DNA from: Heptranchias perlo
Taxonomy: Eukaryota
Assembly (NCBI RefSeq): GCF_035084215.1
Contig: NW_027139605.1
Location: forward strand, 1-64,000
Reading direction: 5' to 3'
Length of the DNA: 64,000 bases
This document shows positions 59,801-64,000 of this stretch, one piece after another. Below the pieces are notes generated by a model. The model saw only the letters and a list, made by a program, of their open reading frames with translations, did not search any database and was not told where the DNA came from. How positions within the stretch are numbered: position 1 is the stretch's first letter; the number at the start of each line of letters is the position of its first letter. The position numbers and the translations under genes are program-made.

Positions 59801-62800
59801 CGGATCAGAGGGAGAGAGAGCGGTTCAGAGAGAGAGAACGCGAGCCAGCGAGCGGATCAGAGGGAGAGCGAGCGAGCGGATCAGAGGGAGAGCGCGAGCG
59901 GATCAGAGGGAGAGCGTGGGCGGATCAGAGAGAGAGCGAGCGAGCGGATCAGAGGGAGAGCGTGAGCCAGCGAGCGGATCAGAGGGAGAGCGCGAGCCAG
60001 CGAGCGGATCAGAGAGAGAGAGAGCGAGCGGATCAGAGAGAGAGAGCCAGCGGATCAGAGGGAGAGAGAGAGAGCGGATCAGAGAGAGAGAGAGAGAGAG
60101 CGAGCGGATCAGAGGGAGAGCGCGAGCGGATCAGAGAGAGAGAGAGAGCGAGCGGATCAGAGAGAGAGAGAGCGGATCAGAGAGTACGCGAGCGAGCAGA
60201 TCAGAGAGAGAGCGAGCGAGCGAGCGGATCAGAGGGAGAGCGCGAGCGAGCGGATCAGAGAGAGAGAACGCGAGCGAGCGGATCAGAGAGAGAGAACGCG
60301 AGCGAGCGGATCAGAGAGAGAGAGAGAGCGAGCGAGCGGATCAGAGAGCGAGAACGCGAGCGAGCGGATCAGAGGGAGAGAACGCGAGCGAGCGGATCAG
60401 AGGGAGAGAGAGAGCGAGCGGATCAGAGAGAGAGAACGCGAGCGAGCGGATCAGAGGCAGAGAACGCGAGCGAGCGGATCAGAGGCAGAGAGAGAGCGGA
60501 TCAGAGAGAGAGAACGCGAGCCAGCGAGCGGATCAGAGGGAGAGCGAGCGAGCGGATCAGAGGGAGAGCGCGAGCGGATCAGAGGGAGAGCGCGAGCCAG
60601 CGAGCGGATCAGAGGGAGAGAGCGAGCGGATCAGAGAGAGAGAACGCGAGCGGATCAGAGAGATGGAGAGCGAGCGGATCAGAGAGAGAGAGCGAGCGGA
60701 TCAGAGAGAGAGAACGCGAGCGAGCGGATCAGAGAGAGAGAACGCGAGCGAGCGGATCAGAGGGAGAGAGAGCGGTTCAGAGAGAGAGAACGCGAGCCAG
60801 CGAGCGGATCAGAGGGAGAGCGAGCGAGCGGATCAGAGGGAGAGCGCGAGCGGATCAGAGGGAGAGCGCGGGCGGATCAGAGAGAGAGCGAGCGAGCGGA
60901 TCAGAGGGAGAGCGCGAGCCAGCGAGCGGATCAGAGGGAGAGCGCGAGCCAGCGAGCGGATCAGAGAGAGAGAGAGAGCGAGCGGATCAGAGAGAGAGAG
61001 AGAGCCAGCGGATCAGAGGGAGAGAGAGAGAGCGGATCAGAGAGAGAGAGAGAGAGCAAGCGGATCAGAGGGAGAGCGCGAGCGGATCAGAGAGAGAGAG
61101 AGAGAGAGCGGATCAGAGAGAGAGAGAGAGAGCGAGCGGATCAGAGGGAGAGCGCGAGCGGATCAGAGAGAGAGAGAGAGAGCGGATCAGAGAGAGAGAG
61201 AGAGAGTGAGCGGATCAGAGGGAGAGCGCGAGCGGATCAGAGAGAGAGAGAGAGAGAGCGGATCAGAGAGAGAGAACGCGAGCGAGCGGATCAGAGGGAG
61301 AGCGCGAGCGGATCAGAGGGAGAGCGCGAGCGAGCGGATCAGAGAGAGAGAACACGAGCGAGCGGATCAGAGAGAGAGAACGCAAGCGAGCGGATCAGAG
61401 AGAGAGAGAGCGAGCGGATCAAAGAGAGAGAGAGTGAGCGAGCGGATCAGAGAGAGAGAGAGAGCGAGCGGATCAGAGAGAGAGAGAGCAAGCGAGCGGA
61501 TCAGAGAGAGAGCGAGCGGATCAGAGAGAGAGAACGCGAGCGAGCGGATCAGAGAGCGAGCCAGCGAGCGGATCAGAGGGAGAGCGCGAGCCAGCGAGCG
61601 GATCAGAGGGAGAGCTCGAGCGGATCAGAGAGAGAGAACGCGAGCGAGCGGATCAGAGAGAGAGAGCGAGCGGATCAGAGAGAGAGAACGCGAGCGGATC
61701 AGAGAGATGGAGAGCGAGCGGATCAGAGAGAGAGAACGCGAGCGAGCGGATCAGAGAGAGAGAATGCGAGCGAGCGGATCAGAGAGAGAGAGCGAGCGGA
61801 TCAGAGAGAGAGAACGCGAGCGGATCAGAGAGATGGAGAGCGAGCGAGCGGATTAGAGGGAGAGAGAGAGAGCGGATCAGAGAGAGAGAACGCGAGCCAG
61901 CGAGCGGATCAGAGGGAGAGCGAGCGAGCGGATCAGAGGGAGAGCGCGAGCGGATCAGAGGGAGAGCGCGAGCGGATCAGAGGGAGAGCGAGCGGATCAG
62001 AGGGAGAGCGCGAGCGGATCAGAGAGAGAGAGAGAGCGAGCGGATCGGAGAGAGAGAACGCGAGCGAGCGGATCAGAGGGAGAGAGAGAGCGAGCGGATC
62101 ACAGAGAGAGAACGCGAGCGAGCGGATCAGAGGGAGAGAGAGAGAGCGGATCAGAGAGAGAGAACGCGAGCGAGCGGATCAGAGGGAGAGAGAGAGCGAG
62201 CGGATCACAGAGAGAGAACGCGAGCGAGCGGATCAGAGGGAGAGAGAGAGAGCGGATCAGAGAGAGAGAACGCGAGCCAGCGAGCGGATCAGAGGGAGAG
62301 CGAGCGAGCGGATCAGAGGGAGAGCGAGCGGATCAGAGAGAGAGAGAGAGAGAGCGGATCAGAGGGAGAGCGCGAGCGGATCAGAGGGAGAGCGCGAGCG
62401 GATCAGAGGGAGAGCGCGAGCGGATCAGAGGGAGAGCGCGAGCCAGCGAGCGGATCAGAGGCAGAGCGCGAGCCAGCGAGCGGATCAGAGGGAGAGCGAG
62501 CGAGCGCATCAGAGGGAGAGCGCGAGCGGATCAGAGGGAGAGCGCGAGCCAGCGAGCGGATCAGAGGGAGAGCGCGAGCCAGCGAGCGGATCAGAGAGAG
62601 AGAGAGCGAGCAGATCAGAGAGAGAGAGAGAGAGAGAGCCAACGGATCAGAGGGAGAGCGCGAGAGGATCAGAGAGAGAGTGAGCGAGCGGATCAGAGAG
62701 AGAGAGAGAGCGAGAGGATCAGAGGGAGAGAGAGCGGATCAGAGAGAGAGAGAGAGAGAGCGGATCAGAGAGAGAGAGAGAGCCAGCGGATCAGAGGGAG

Positions 62801-64000
62801 AGAGAGAGAGCGGATCAGAGAGAGAGAGAGAGAGCGAGCGGATCAGAGGGAGAGCGCGAGCGGATCAGAGAGAGAGAGAGAGAGAGCGGATCAGAGAGAG
62901 AGAGAGAGAGCGAGCGGATCAGAGGGAGAGCGCGAGCGGATCAGAGAGAGAGAGAGAGAGAGCGGATCAGAGAGAGAGAACGCGAGCGAGCGGATCAGAG
63001 GGAGAGCGCGAGCGGATCAGAGGGAGAGCGCGAGCGAGCGGATCAGAGAGAGAGAACGCGAGAGAGCGGATCAGAGAGAGAGAACGCAAGCGAGCGGATC
63101 AGAGAGAGAGAGAGCGAGCGGATCAAAGAGAGAGAGAGTGAGCGAGCGGATCAGAGAGAGAGCGAGCGGATCAGAGAGAGAGAGAGAGCGAGCGGATCAG
63201 AGAGAGAGAGAGCAAGCGAGCGGATCAGAGAGAGAGCGAGCGGATCAGAGAGAGAGAACGCGAGCGAGCGGATCAGAGAGCGAGCCAGCGAGCGGATCAG
63301 AGGGAGAGCGCGAGCCAGCGAGCGGATCAGAGGGAGAGCTCGAGCGGATCAGAGAGAGAGAACGCGAGCGAGCGGATCAGAGAGAGAGAGCGAGCGGATC
63401 AGAGAGAGAGAACACGAGCGGATCAGAGAGATGGAGAGCGAGCGGATCAGAGAGAGAGAACGCGAGCGAGCGGATCAGAGAGAGAGAACGCGAGCGAGCG
63501 GATCAGAGAGAGAGAGCGAGCGGATCAGAGAGAGAGAACGCGAGCGGATCAGAGAGATGGAGAGCGAGCGAGCGGATTAGAGGGAGAGAGAGAGAGCGGA
63601 TCAGAGAGAGAGAACGCGAGCCAGCGAGCGGATCAGTGGGAGAGCGAGCGAGCGGATCAGAGGGAGAGCGCGAGCGGATCAGAGGGAGAGCGCGAGCGGA
63701 TCAGAGGGAGAGCGAGCGGATCAGAGGGAGAGCGCGAGCGGATCAGAGAGAGAGAGAGAGCGAGCGGATCGGAGAGAGAGAACGCGAGCGAGCGGATCAG
63801 AGGGAGAGAGAGAGCGAGCGGATCAGAGGGAGAGAGAGCGAGCGGATCACAGAGAGAGAACGCGAGCGAGCGGATCAGAGGGAGAGAGAGAGAGCGGATC
63901 AGAGAGAGAGAACGCGAGCCAGCGAGCGGATCAGAGGGAGAGCGAGCGAGCGGATCAGAGGGAGAGCGAGCGGATCAGAGAGAGAGAGAGCGGATCAGAG
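41860..64000 (+). repeat. Purine-rich satellite, core GAGCGGATCAGA separated by (GA)n/GAGC spacers
   Basis: More than 22 kb continuous array running off the window end; GGATCA core roughly every 18-30 bp. Confidence 0.98.

Noticed and set aside
41828-63141. Very long Arg/Glu/Ser-rich ORFs (up to 1036 aa)
   Set aside because: Translation of a stop-poor (GA)n satellite in multiple overlapping frames; no domain or splice support.
41860-64000. Resemblance of GAGCGGAT to the lac operator or vector sequence, and dense GATC (Dam) sites
   Set aside because: Only an 8-bp coincidence without the ATAACAATT half; no bacterial or vector context.

Overview
Vertebrate genomic DNA, most likely cartilaginous fish (shark/ray), inferred from the class I sequence and the LINE content. 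The window holds exons 2-7 of a spliced MHC class I heavy-chain gene on the + strand: alpha1 420-680, alpha2 1495-1767, alpha3 15579-15842, TM 18732-18833, cytoplasmic 20280-20312 and 29516-29563. A probable 3'UTR exon starts near 32547; the leader exon lies upstream of the window. The spliced frame is intact and keeps all eight peptide-anchoring residues (Y7,Y59,R84,T143,K146,W147,Y159,Y171), so it is classical/UAA-like. Every intron is filled with its own tandem repeat, and several of these repeats are built from splice signals. The clearest case is a 13.8-kb G-rich array in intron 3 that reiterates the exon 3 donor (CG|GTGAGT) several hundred times. Intron 2 carries a CCAAT/GC-box/kappaB cluster. 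Introns 6-7 and the 3' flank contain truncated and nested CR1-type and other LINEs. The last 22 kb is a purine-rich (GA)n-GCGGATCA satellite with multi-kb internal duplications. Nearly all long ORFs in the ORF track are artefacts of repeats or LINE fragments.
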